This document shows, one piece after another, positions 36,030 to 48,713 of a DNA stretch of 64,000 nucleotides; the stretch's first letter is position 1; the number at the start of each line of letters is the position of its first letter. The stretch is from Narcine bancroftii (Eukaryota). Made by a program: the position numbers and the translations under genes. The stretch spans positions 192,758,001-192,822,000 of the forward strand of contig NC_091473.1 in assembly GCF_036971445.1 (NCBI RefSeq), written 5' to 3'. The notes under the pieces were generated by a model. It was not told where the DNA came from and did not search any database. It was given only the letters and a program-made list of their open reading frames with translations.

Positions 36030-37055
36030 ATTAAAGTGCTAGCAGATTATTGCTTCTCAGACTGGAGGTCTGTCACTAGTGGTGTGTCTCAGGGATCAGT
36101 GCTGGGGCCATTGCTGTTTGACATCTATATCAATGCTCTGGGTGATAATGTGGTGAATTGGATCAGCAAGTCTACAGATGACACTATGATTGGAGGCGTT
36201 GTGGACAGTGAGGAAGGTTTTCAAAGCTTGCAGAGGAATCTGGACCAGCTGGAAAAATGGGCTGTAAAATAGCAGATGGAATTTAATGAAAACAAGTGCG
36301 AGGTGCTGTATTTTGGAAGGACAAAACAAGAAAAATCAAACACAGTGATTGGTCGGGCACTGAGGAGTGCGGTAGAACAGAAAGGCTCAGGAATACAGAT
36401 ACATCATTCCCTGAAAGTGGCTTCACAGGTGGACAGGGTTGTAATGAGAGCTTTTGGTACATTGGCCTTCATAAATCAAAGTATTGAGTACAGGAGTTGG
36501 GATATTATGGTCATGTTTTATAAGACATTGGTGAGGTCAAAATTGGAGCATTGTGTGCAGTTTTGGTCACCGAACTACAGGAAAGACGTCAATAAGATTG
36601 AAAAAGTGCAGAGAAGATTTACTAGGATGTTGCCCGGAATCATGAACTGAATTAGAGGGAAAGGTTAAACAGGTTAGGACTTTATTCCCTGGAGCGTAGA
36701 AGAATGAGGAAGATTTGATCGAGGTGTAGGTCAGCTTTTTCCACAAAACAAAGGACCAGGGGTAAGGGTGAAAGGGGAAAAGTTTAGGGGGAACATGAGG
36801 GGGAACCTCCTCACACACAGAGGGGTAACCTCCTCACTCACAGAGGGGTAGGAGTGTGGAACAAGCTGCCAGCTGAAGTGGTGAATGTGGGATTAGTTTT
36901 AATATTTAAGAACAATTTGGAGAGGTACATGGATGGGAGAGGTATGCAGGGCTATGGACTGGGTGGAGGTCAGTGGGGCTAGGCAGAATCATGGTTTGGC
37001 ATAGATTAGAAGGGATGAAGGGCCTGTTTCTGAACTATAATGTTCTCTGGTTCTA
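36030..37055 (+). mobile_element. CR1 LINE, 5'-truncated
   Basis: VTSGVSQGSVLGPLLF, TDDT, FN..KCEVL.FG, LEHCVQFWSP; tail gttctctggttctag. Confidence 0.88.
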
Positions 37056-37252
37056 GAATGGGCAAAAGCCCCATCCACGGGGCGTTCCACCTGCATCACA
37101 GTGGCTCTAGATGATTGGTGGATATTTCCCTCAACTCTTTGGACTTCAGGCTCTAAGGCAGATTTCAGTGCAGAAAAGTTATTTAAAAACAGAGTGGGGG
37201 TGGGGGGGGGAAGGAACCCTCAAGTTCGCCTTGGGGGAAATGCTGGTTCTTG

Positions 37253-37635
37253 TCGTTAATAAGTCAAATTTATTGTCATCTGATTGTACAAATACAACCC
37301 AACAAAACACTGTTCTCTGGTCCTTGGTGCAAAGCACGCAGACACACAACCAGACATAACACGCATACAGACAAACAATTCATATGCAGGACAAGTATTC
37401 ATATATACAAATAAATAAATATTGTTTCATGAATATGAAGGTCTTGGAGGATTAATGTGAGCAGTTCCTTTGGTCGTTCAGTGTTCTCACTGCCCGTGGG
37501 AAGAAGCTGTTCCTCAGCCTGGCGGTGCTGGCCCTGATCCTCCTGGATCTCTTCCCTGACGGGAGCAGCTGAAAGATGCTGTGTGCTGGGTGGAAGGGGT
37601 CCTCAGTGATTTTGTGCACCCTCTTCAGACAATGA
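37253..37635 (-). mobile_element. Rex1/Babar-type LINE 3' end
   Basis: Reverse complement of 710-1015 type sequence. Confidence 0.75.
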
Positions 37636-37639
37636 TTCC

Positions 37640-38671
37640 ACCACTGACTCCCATCCTGCTGGACGACTCTCAGATGAGCTGTTTACGTGGACTCTGCTCC
37701 AGTGGGCTTCAGGTGATCTGTGTGGGGTGGGCCTGAAGGCAGCTGACAACCCCTGACCTCTCCACTGAACACTGTCCCCTCCACTGACTCCTGATGGGGT
37801 GGGCGCTTTTGGAACTGGTATTTCCCTTCTTACAATTTGACTCCCTCTCGATTCCTGATGCCCCCCCCCATAATATCCCACAGCTCCTCCTCAAACCAAA
37901 GGAGTGCTGGTGCAGACTCCCCATCAGTCACATCTCCAACCTCCCAGTCAGCGACAGTTAGACTTAGTTATCTCCTGTAATATATTATTGCCGAGCAGTG
38001 TGTCTTCCGAAGGGGTGGATTGTAATGGAGAGGCAACATCCCCCATCTGGTGGCGCTGCTGCGCTCATATCGGCCAATCAAGGTCAAAGACTCACCTCAA
38101 GTCATCAAGGTGACCCTTGCAATTGGCCCACCTAAATCAGGTGCTGCAGTCCAGACAGCCTGTCCGGACTCAGCCCTGACCTTCACCCAACTGGCCCAGG
38201 TGAATCACCTCCACTGACCTCTGCTGAGCCCCTGCACTTGACTTTGAACATTTGGCCACAGAAACCAACAGGGCCCAGCCTGTCCTGAGTGAATGGCCCC
38301 CCAATACTGTCCCCAGAACTATAAAGAACCATGTGCTCCTTTGTTCTGCATCTTTGGACTCCTTGTGGCACTTAATTATCACCTTTCACACTGGGTTGGG
38401 GTGAGTCCCGAGGTTAGGTACTGGTCAAGGGGTGGGCGAATGTAGTATCACCTTGATCTTGACTGTTGAATATATGTATTTAAATAATTTCCCCAGTTTG
38501 TGTCGGTTTCTCCCTCATTGTCCGAAGTGTACATTTACTCCTTTCGTATTGTGTATGTGTGCTTAGGTTTGTTTATCATTTTGACCCTGTTTGCATCCCC
38601 AAAATAAGCGTGTGTTTTGTACCTCAACTTTGGTCCGGTTCTTAACCTGTGCAACCCACACGAACCCTTAA
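37640..38671 (+). mobile_element. Second class III ERV remnant: 3' internal piece, PPT and 3' LTR (38021-38671)
   Basis: PPT aaggggtggat directly before tgtaatggag (same start as the young ERV LTR); TATA-like ctataaag near 38320; ends acccttaaa. Confidence 0.65.
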
Positions 38672-38845
38672 ATGAATGTCCTGGCTCATCAAGAACCTAT
38701 TAATTTGGTACATTGTAATTTTGTAGAAGAGAAGGGTTCCATTTATAAATTGGTTATTAGAAAATTCAGAAATTTGTGTTAACTTTAGTCCAAATCGGAG
38801 GTTAATTTATATCAAATATTCTATTAATAAACTTCAATTGGGCAG

Positions 38846-39085
38846 TGTGATAGTACAGATCTATCACCAATGTATATAGTGTATATAGTTACTGTATCTA
38901 GACTGTGCTTACAGCGATTGGCTGAGAGCTAAGCCACGCCTACTGTCTGGGCCTTAAAGGGTTGTGTCCCTAGCCAGGTCGGATCATTCCGGACTGGCCG
39001 GCCACCTGTGAAGAGCTCCTGTCTTTTGCTAATAAAAGCCTTGGTTTGGATCAACAAGTCTTTGGTTCTTTCGACGAGCTCTACA
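38846..39085 (+). mobile_element. Gypsy solo LTR (240 bp)
   Basis: TG...CA, TSD ggcag, AATAAA; related to the LTR at 3445-3667. Confidence 0.9.
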
Positions 39086-39594
39086 GGCAGCCTCATAATA
39101 ATTATGAAAATGCGGTAATTGAAGTCCACCTCATGCATACTTCCATGTCAAATTTTGTAGAAAAACTCTAGCTAATTTACCTTTCCATAAAAATAATCAC
39201 ACAGCTGCATTTAAGTCTTTTTAAAAAAACTTTTGGAAGTACACAAGGAATAGATTGAAAAATATATTGAATACGTAGAAAAATATTCATTTTAACACAA
39301 TTTACTTGTCCTATCAAAGTTAATGGTAAATCTTTCTATTTTTTCAAATCAGATATAATTTTATTTAATGGGGACATAATTTAATTTATATAAATTTTGG
39401 TAGTCAACATCAACCATTACTCCTAAATATTTAATTTAGTTAGTCCATCAGAACCGAGTAATCTGTTTACAGTGTGAATAATCCTCATTTGAAATCAGTA
39501 ATATTTCACTCATATCCCAATTTACTTTATATCCTGAAATTTCTCCATACTGTTTCAAACAAACCTGAAGCCTTTTCAATTATTCTTTAGGGTG

Positions 39595-39977
39595 TGTTAA
39601 GTGATGGAATATTTGGGAATGTTTATGCAGATAAATTGATAAATTTAGAGTAGGTTACATACACACACTTCACAACAGATCTTATTTGAAATACTGGAGA
39701 ATTCATATCCACAGTACTTTAAAGAAGAACTGTGATGAATGCTATGTAAATTTCACAAATAGGTGCTATTGAAATGATGTCATGAAATTAATGGACTATT
39801 GTCTTGGAAGAACAACCAGAGGCAGGTTGTCTGTTTTGGACCTTTTTGCAAGGCTTTTTTCCTCTCTGCAAAGTGCTGACTCAGAGGTCATTGAGAGGTT
39901 ATTGTTTCCCTCAAAGAACAGATGAACCAGAAGACTAACTCCTATTGTTTGCTGGAGAAGGTCAGGAGTTTTGAATC

Positions 39978-40021
<44 letters not shown>

Positions 40022-40641
40022 GAGTCTTGGACTGTGTATGACACAGAAAGCTGTAATAACCCAGGAGAAGCTGGTTGGAATTTAAACAGAGTGGTGGATG
40101 GCTGGAAGTACTATCTGTCTGATGTTTTTCTTGGAATACGTAGAACAGAAAGGAACTCTGTGGTCACCTGAACGAAAGAGGTGATCATCTTGAGAACCCT
40201 GATGGGGCAAGTTTCATCAGCAAGACATTGAGGTGACTAATGGTGGTACCTCAGTTGTGGAAATCCTGGAACTACACATCTCTCTCTGCAAACCTACAAG
40301 AACCTTCCTGAGCGGTAACCACTTACCTTTTGAGCACCAAAGCCTGCTGAACTTTATACATGTTAAATTCTGTGCACAGTATAAGAATTGCTTGCAACCA
40401 GTGAACTTGGAAGAATGAGAAGTGAGATTGAATTGTGAACCAAATGACTTTCCTTAAATTCACACACACACATCATACACGTGCACTTAGAATTAGAAGG
40501 GGGTTAAGTTGAGTAGTTAAGTTAATAGTGATAAGTTAAAGTTTGATTCTGTTTTCATGTTTAAGAATAATTAAAAACAACTTTTGTTTAAGTAACCATT
40601 TGTCGTGCTGCTGGGTTTTGGGGTCCTTTGGGCTTGTAACA
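39595..40641. mobile_element. Probable solo LTR (about 1 kb) containing (GA)n at 39981-40018
   Basis: Interrupts L1 RT; tgttaa...gtaaca termini; TSD ambiguous. Confidence 0.6.
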
Positions 40642-41687
40642 ATTAAATTAATTAACACATCACCTGCAAACAAATTAATCTTATATTCTTCATTACCAAT
40701 TTTAATTCCCTGAATAATATTATCCTGTCTAATAGTCCATGCCAATGGCTCAATGACCAAAGCAAACGAGGCCGGTGACAATGGACAACTTTGCCTCGTT
40801 GACCTAGTCAAATTAAAAGGAGACAAAATTTGTCCATTAGTATCACCCTAGCTGACGGATTTTTATATAAGGCTTTCACCCAACCAGTAAAGAGTGGTCC
40901 AAATTTGAATCTTTACAACACTTTAAATGAAAAATTCAACTCTACATGATCAAAAGCTTTTTCAGTATCTAGTGCTACTATCATTGTTTGATTTATAATG
41001 TGCTGGTATTGAGATATTTGGTAAAGATTTGGTTTGATAGAAATCAGATTATAGGTATTAAAGGTAAGATTTCAGCTAAGACGCCATTGTTTCAGGATAA
41101 ATGAATTCCTTTTTCATGAAATAATTATTACTTGAAAAACTGAGATTTGAAAAGTATTAAATTAGTAGAAGATTGATTTGAATCTTTTGCTTGATTTCAA
41201 TAAAAATTTGGAATATTATCTAATTCTTTGTTTGCATATAATCAAGTCCGAGTGTTATTTTTGGACAATTTTGGTCGGGAATTGAGTTTGCCAAACAAAT
41301 CTAGTTTTGTAAGTTTAATTGAGGGTGGATCAAGAAAGGGTTTTATTTTGGAAATGTATGCTTTATTACAAGAAAAAATGACTAAGTTAGATTCATATAA
41401 AACAAAAAATAAATGGGAAGAGTATTTCTCTATATTGTAATCTTTGGAAGAATGGATGTCTCTGTGTGAAGACAGTGTAACTAAATTAATTAATGTGAGA
41501 TCTAGTTTAGTAAATTATAACTTTTTACATCAATTACATTTGACTAAAGAGAAGTTAAAAAGATATGGATTTAGTACATCAGATTCATGATTTGTTGTGG
41601 TAAGCAAGTTGGTACTTTTTTACATTCAGTGTGAAAAGATTAAACCTTTTTGGCAGAAGATTATGGAGTTTTTGGAAGGTTTTGGAA

Positions 41688-42230
41688 GCTGTCTCCGCTC
41701 CATCCTCAACATTCATTGGAATGACTTCATCACCAACATCGAAGTACTTGAGCTAGCAGAGTCCGCAAGCATCGAATCCATGCTGCTGAAGACCCAACTG
41801 CGCTGGGTGGGTCACGTCTCCAGAATGGAGGACCATCGCCTTCCCAAGATCGTGTTCTATGGTGAGCTCTCCACTGGCCACCGAGTCAGAGGTGCACCAA
41901 AGAAGAGGTACAAGGACTGCTTAAAGAAATCACTTGGTGCCTGCCACATTGACCACCGCCAGTGGGCTGATATCGCCTCCAACCATGCATCTTGGCGCCT
42001 CACAGTTTGGCGGGCAGCAACCTCCTTTGAAGAAGACTGCAGAGCTCACCTTACTGACAAAAGACAAAGGAGGAAAAACCCAACACCCAACCCCAACCAA
42101 CCAATTTTCCCTTGCAACCGCTGCAACCGTGCCTACCTGTCCCGCATCGGACTTGTCAGTCACCAACGAGCCTGCAGCAGATGTGGACATACCCCTCCAT
42201 AAATCTTCATCTGCGAAGCCAAACCAAAGG
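41688..42230 (+). mobile_element. 5'-truncated RTE
   Basis: CLRSILNIHW...RWVGHV...CNRC; same 3' end as the other RTE copies. Confidence 0.9.
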
Positions 42231-42739
42231 ATTTAAAATTAAATTGACTTTGGGTCCATTACTCTTTTTATTGGGGTATTTTACGACCTTAACAATTGAT
42301 TTAAAACTTGAGAAATTTCAATTAGCATTTATTTGCTTAGCATTGGAAGAATGATGTGGAATTGAATATTCAGAGATGGCATTCTGAATTAAGATCTTGT
42401 ATTCATTTAGAAAAAGTATCATATAATTTGCATAATAATTATACATTTTTTAACTAAAATATTTGAAATGTGTGGGGTTAAATATAGCTTAAAAACAGTT
42501 TTTAATTATTCTTTTTATTGTTGTTGAAGATATAACACTCACTACAGCAGTGTTTATAGATTTTGTAAAAGTTTTTTGGATCGTAGACATATATATAAAG
42601 ATTTGCATTTGGGGATTATGGGAGGGGTGGGGGTTGGTGGGAAAGGGGAGGAGTGTTAAAATGGATCGATTGTATTTTAGGGTATTTTTTGTAAAATTTT
42701 CTTTTTGTGTATTCATAAAAAATAAAGTTTAAAAAAAAA

Positions 42740-43438
42740 CTATTAATCCCTACCTGAGATACACCTAAGGGCCAGCCCTCCATGCCCACCTGCGGTAACA
42801 AATTCTGCAGATTCACCATCCTCTGGCTGAAGAAATTTTTCCGCCTCTCTGTTCTAATCAGTCACCCTTCAATCCTGAAGTTGTGTCCTCTTGTCCTAAA
42901 CTGTCCCACCATGGGAAACAACCTTTCTACGTCCACACTTTCAATATTTGAAATTTTTCCATGAAATCAACTTAATTCTCCTAAACTCTAACGAATACTG
43001 GCCAAGAACCATCAAAGACTCCTCATGTGATAACCCTTTCATTTCCGGAATCATCCTTGTGAACCTCATCTGAACCCTCTCCAATGTCAGCACATCCTTT
43101 CTTCAACGAGGAGCCCAAAACTGCCCACAATACTCCAAGTGACATCTCACCAATGCCTTATAAAGCCTCAACATCACATCCCTGCTCTTGTATTCTAATC
43201 CTCTTGAAGTGAACGCCAGCCTTCTTCACCACCGTCTCAACCTGCGTTTACCTTCAGACTATCCTGCACGAGAATTTCCAGGACAATTTGAATCTGAATA
43301 TTTTCAGTTTTCTCCCCATTTCAAAAAAATTGTCTGCTCGTTTGGAAAACAGATGCATAATTCCCTGAAAGTGATGTCACAGGTAGATAGGGTCCTAAAG
43401 AGAGGTTTTGGCAAATTGGCCTTCATCAATCAAAGTAT
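42740..43438. mobile_element. CR1 fragments (mainly minus strand)
   Basis: Reverse complement of the CR1 RT C-terminus and 3'UTR; short plus-strand piece near 43350-43438. Confidence 0.7.
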
Positions 43439-46400
43439 TTACATAATTTAATAAAAATTAAAGAGGATTTGAATAGATGAAATGATTTACCTATAACTTT
43501 AATAGGTTGAGTGAATTGTATCAAGATGAATATTTTCACAAGGATCAATATCTCTTTCAATCCATTCCTTTCAATATGCCTAAAAAAATTTATAGGGATC
43601 TAAATTTAATAATGAGGACACTTTTGTGGAAAAGTAAAATGGTAAGAGAATCCTTAGAAAAATTAACTTGGAAATTTGAACTAGGAGGTTTACAGCTTCC
43701 ACATTTTCAAAATAATTATAAAGCTGCTCAGTTGAAATTTATTAATGGAAAGTTTGATTTTGTTAAATCTTTAACATGGTCCAATATAGAATTCACTCAA
43801 ATAGATGAATTTATCCTAGAACTTATTTATAAATGGAACACCCAATGATTAATTAGTAATAAGGACCCACTTATACTGAAACATTTAATTGATTTATGGA
43901 ATAAAATAGATTATGAGATAAGTGGGAAAGGTAATATTTCACATAAAACACCTTGATATCAAAATAAACTTTTTCCTTTTACTGTTAATAATCAATTTTG
44001 AAAGATATGGAATCAAATGGGGATTAAAACAATAGAAGATTGTTTTGAAGCTGATTATTTTATTGCTTTTCAACAAAAGAAATAAAAATATAATGTTCCA
44101 AATAATACCTAATTTGTTGTTATATAAGTTAAAACTAATTTAATTGATCAATAGGTCAAGGTCTAAGATTATCTTGTCAGTCTGAGTTAGAATTTTTTCT
44201 TACTAGGTGGGGATTTTAATTGTTGCCTGGATCCATTGTTGGATAAATCTCCAAAAATTGTCAAGAAAACACAAATGGCTAAAAGATTGGGAGAAATAAT
44301 GGGAGATTTGAACTTGGTGGATATTTGGCGATGTATTCATCTGACGGAGAAAGATTATTCATATTATTCTGCCCAACATGATTCATTTTCTAGAATAGAT
44401 TTTTTTTAGTGTCTGCTCATCTACAGGGAAGAGTAGATTTGGCAGAATATAAAAACAGAATATTGTCAGACCATTCATTATTGTTGATATCCTGTGAGAT
44501 TACTGTAAAGGCTGAGAGGAATTACCATTGGAGGTTTAATGAAATGTTACTTAGACGACCTGAATTTGTTATGTTTTTAAAGGACCAGATAAAACTTTTT
44601 TTGGAGATAAATGAGAGATCAGTTCAAAGTAAATTTACCTTGTGGGAAGCTTTGAAAGCATATCTGAGAGGTCAGATCATTAGTTATATGGGTAAAGTGA
44701 AAAAGTTGGAGTTGGAGAAAGAGATTGAAGAGTTTTAGAGAAAAAATTTCAACAGAGTGCAATGGAAGATAATAAGATACAGTTAGCTAATTTAAAACTT
44801 TGCTATAACACGAAACAAACTTATAATTATGAAAAATTGATTTTGAGATCAAAACAGCGGTATTATGAGTTAGGGGAAAGAGCACATAAAGTACTAGCGT
44901 GGCAGTTGAAAATGGAAAAAACCTCCAATATAATTAATGCAGTACATGGAAATTTGGGTATTACTTATAAACCACAGGAGATAAATGAGATGTTTTGTAC
45001 TTTTTATCGGGAATTATATACATCTGAGGCTAAGGTGGATGTTGAACAGATTGATACTTTTTTGTCTCATTTGAATTTGGCGGAGTTGGAAGAACAAGAT
45101 GTAAGATTGTTAGATAATTCATTCACAGAGTTTGAATTGAAAGAGGCATTACAAGCAATGCCGACAGGTAAATCACTCGGCGAAGATGGATTTATGGTGG
45201 AATTCTATAAGGAATTTCATGATTTGTTGTTTCCATATACATGGAGGTTTTGAGGCAGGCCACAGATACTGGATTATTTCCCGAATCATTCTTGAGAGCA
45301 TTGGTAACGGTAATACCAAAGGAAGATAGAGATCCATTGAAAGTTGGTTCTTTTAGGCCTATATCTTTACTTAATGTGGATTATAAGATTGTAGCAAAAG
45401 TTTTGGCTAATAGATTGGCCTATTTTTTACCGAAATTAGTACATGTAGACCAAACAGGATTTATTAAAAATAGATATTCCATTGATAATTACAATAATTA
45501 ATGCGTCCAGATGGCAAGTTAATCAACCAATGATATTAGCATTGGATGCTGAGAAAGCTTTTGATCGTGTAGAGTGAAAATTTTTATTTAAAGGGTTAGA
45601 AAGATTTAAGTTTGAGCCATTTTTTATAGGTTGGATTAAGGCCTTATATAAGAACCCTTCTGCACAAGTGGTGACAAATGGTCAGATTTCTCAAGCATTT
45701 AATTTGTGTAGATCAACTAGACAGGGTTGTCCATTGTCACCAGCCTTGTTTGCATTAGGGATAGAACCTTTAGCTCAAGCGATTAGACAGAATGTGACAA
45801 TTCAAGGTATTACAATTGGACAACATGAGTATAAAATCAACTTATTTGCAGATGACGTATTGATATATTTATCTAAACTGAAGAGTTCATTACGACCCTT
45901 ACAAGAATTATTGGAATATTATGGGTCAATGTCAGGATATAAAGTAAATTGGGAGCAAAGTGAGATATTACTAATATCTGAAGATTAGGCAAATTACTAA
46001 TTTTAAATGGTCTGAGAAGACCATTTGTATAATTTAAATTATTTACCGTTCACGAGAATGTTGACAGGAATTCAAGATTTGAGTTACAGGGAAAGGTTGT
46101 GCAGACTGCGGTTTTTTTTTCTCTGGAGCATAGAAGATTGAGAGGGGACTTGATAGAGGTGTTTAAGATTTTAAAAGGGACAGACAGAGTAAACGTGGAT
46201 AGGCTTTTTCAGTTAAGAGTGGGAGAGATTCAAACTAGAGGGCATGGTTTAAGATTGAAGGGGGAAAATTATAAGGGGAACATGAGGGGAAATTTCTTTA
46301 CGCAAAGGGTGGTAGGGATGTGAAATGAGCTTCCGACAGACGTGGTCAAGGCGGGATCATTGGTTACATTTAAGGAAAGAATGGATAGTTACATGGATAG

Positions 46401-48713
46401 GAGAGGACTGGAGGGGTATGGACCGGGTGCTGGTCAGTGGGACTAGGAGGGTGGGGATTTGTTATGGCATGGACTAGTAGGGCCGAACTGGCCTGTTCTG
46501 TGCTGTAAGTGGTTATATGGTTAAATAGGATTAAATTTGATTTGAATCGATGGAAAGATTTACCATTGATGTTAATTGGCTGAGTAAACTGTTAAAATGA
46601 ATATCTGTCCACGTATTCAGTATTTGTTTCAATCAATTCCATATTTGGTACTGGGGAAATTTTTCAAAGAATTGAATAAGGTGGTATGTCTTTTTTTATG
46701 GAAAGGTAAATTATCAAGAATATCGATGCAAAAGTTGACATGGTCATATGACTTTGGAGGTCTTCAATGACCATATTTTCAAAATTATTATCAGGCAGCA
46801 CAATTGAGGTTTATTAGCAGATTGTTTGATATTGACCAACTACCAATGTGGGCATATGTGGAAATGGATCAGATACATGAAAATAATTTTATATTTTTAT
46901 TATATATGTGGAATTTACTGCTTTTGCAAACATATAAAGTACCAGTCTTAATTCATTTATTTAAATTATGGAATAAGTGGAATCAGTCTATAGGTTCGAA
47001 AGAAAAATGTTCAATTAAAACTCCGCTATATCAAAATCAATTGATTCCTTTTTCGATGCATAATCTTTATTTGAAAGAGTGGGACTTAAAAGGTTTGGTA
47101 TTAATTTTTTTTTTAAATTTTTTATTTTTCACACTATAAACCATATTGACCAAGATACATACAGACATTTTTTTCTTGAATATATACAGTGTCATTTTCT
47201 CCCCCTTTACCCCCTCCCTTCCCTCCCTCCCTCACTCCCTTTCCCATTTATTTGAAGTTCAATCTATAAGATACATTAAACCCGTTAAACAATGTTGTCA
47301 CTTAATAAAAATAAACAAGAAATTTTACTGAGTCAGTTCTTTTCGTTGTCTTCTCCTTCTGTCATTTTAGGTGGTTGAAGTCCACGGTAGGATTTCTCTG
47401 TTGTATTTCATGTATGGCTCCCATATTTGTTCGAATATTGTGATGTTATTTCTTAAATTATATGTTATTTTTTCTAATGGAATACATTTATTCATTTCTA
47501 TATACCATTGTTGTATTCTCAAGTTGTCTTCTAATTTCCAGGTTGACATAATACATTTTTTTGCTACAGCTAGGGCTATCATAACAAATCTTTATTGTGC
47601 TCCATCCAAATCGAGTCCAAATTCTTTATTTCTTATATTACTTAGGAGGAAGATCTCTGGGTTTTTTTGGTATATTGCTTTTTGTGATTTTATTTAATAT
47701 CTGGTTTAAATCTTCCCAAAATTTTTCCACTTTCTCACATGTCCAAATTGCATGAATTGTTGTTCCCGTTTCCTTTTTACAGTGAAAACATCCGTCTGAT
47801 ACTGTTGGGTCCCATTTATTTAACTTTTGAGGTGTGATGTATAGCCTGTGTATCCAGTTATATTGTATCATGCGTAACCTCATGTTTATTGTATTTCCCA
47901 TAGTTCCGGAGCATAGTTTTTCCCATGTTTCATTCTTTATCTTTATGATTAGATCTTGTTCCCATTTTTGTATGGGTTTACCGTTTGTTTCCTCGATCTC
48001 CTTTTCTTGCAGTTTGATGTACATGTTTGTTATAAAGTTTTAAATTATCATTGTGTCTGTAATCACATATTCAAAATTGTGTCCTTCTGGTAACCTCAGA
48101 CTGTTTCCCAATTTGTCCTTCAAGTAGGTTTTCAGTTGGTGGTATGCAAACATTGTATCATGAGTTATATTTATCCTTCATTTGTTCAAAGGATAATAAT
48201 TTATTTCCCGAAAAACAATTTTCTCTCCCATTCTCCGAAGGAAAGGTTATCTATTGTGAAAGGGATTAGTTGATTTTGCGTCAGTATTAGTTTTGGTAGT
48301 TGGTAATTTGTTTTATTCCTTTCTACGTGAATCTTCTTCCAAATGTTGAGCAGATGATGCAATACCGGTGAATTCCTACGTTGCACCAATTTTTCATCCC
48401 ATTTATATAGTATATGTTCAAGTATATTCTCCCCTTATTTTATCTAGTTCTAATCTGGTCCAATCTGGTTTTTCCCTTGTTTGATAAAAATCTTATAGGT
48501 ATCTTAGTTGTGCGGCTCAATAATAATTCTTAAAGTTTGGTAGTTGTAAGCCTCCTTGTTTGTAACCATTCTGTTAATTTATCTAGTGCTATCCTCGGTT
48601 TCCCCCCTTTCCATAAGAATTTCCTTATTATTTTCTTTAACTCCTTGAAGAATTTCTCTGTTAGGTGAATTGGTAATGACTGAAATAGCTATTGTGTCCT
48701 TGGGAAAATGTTC

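Larger units (their letters stand above)
38705..42739 (+). mobile_element. 5'-inverted L1 (inverted part 38705-~41005) inserted in a CR1 3'UTR
   Basis: TSD ctattaat (38697-38704, 42740-42747). Minus part ends NYNVP and plus part starts VLRYLVKIW; poly(A) at 42731-42739. Confidence 0.75.

Noticed and set aside
37098-37140. CACAGTG heptamer
   Set aside because: No nonamer at 12 or 23 spacing and no adjacent V or J coding sequence.
38318-38406. TATA + ATG + gtgagt resembling an Ig leader exon
   Set aside because: In-frame stop before the donor, no octamer, no V exon downstream, and it lies inside an LTR.
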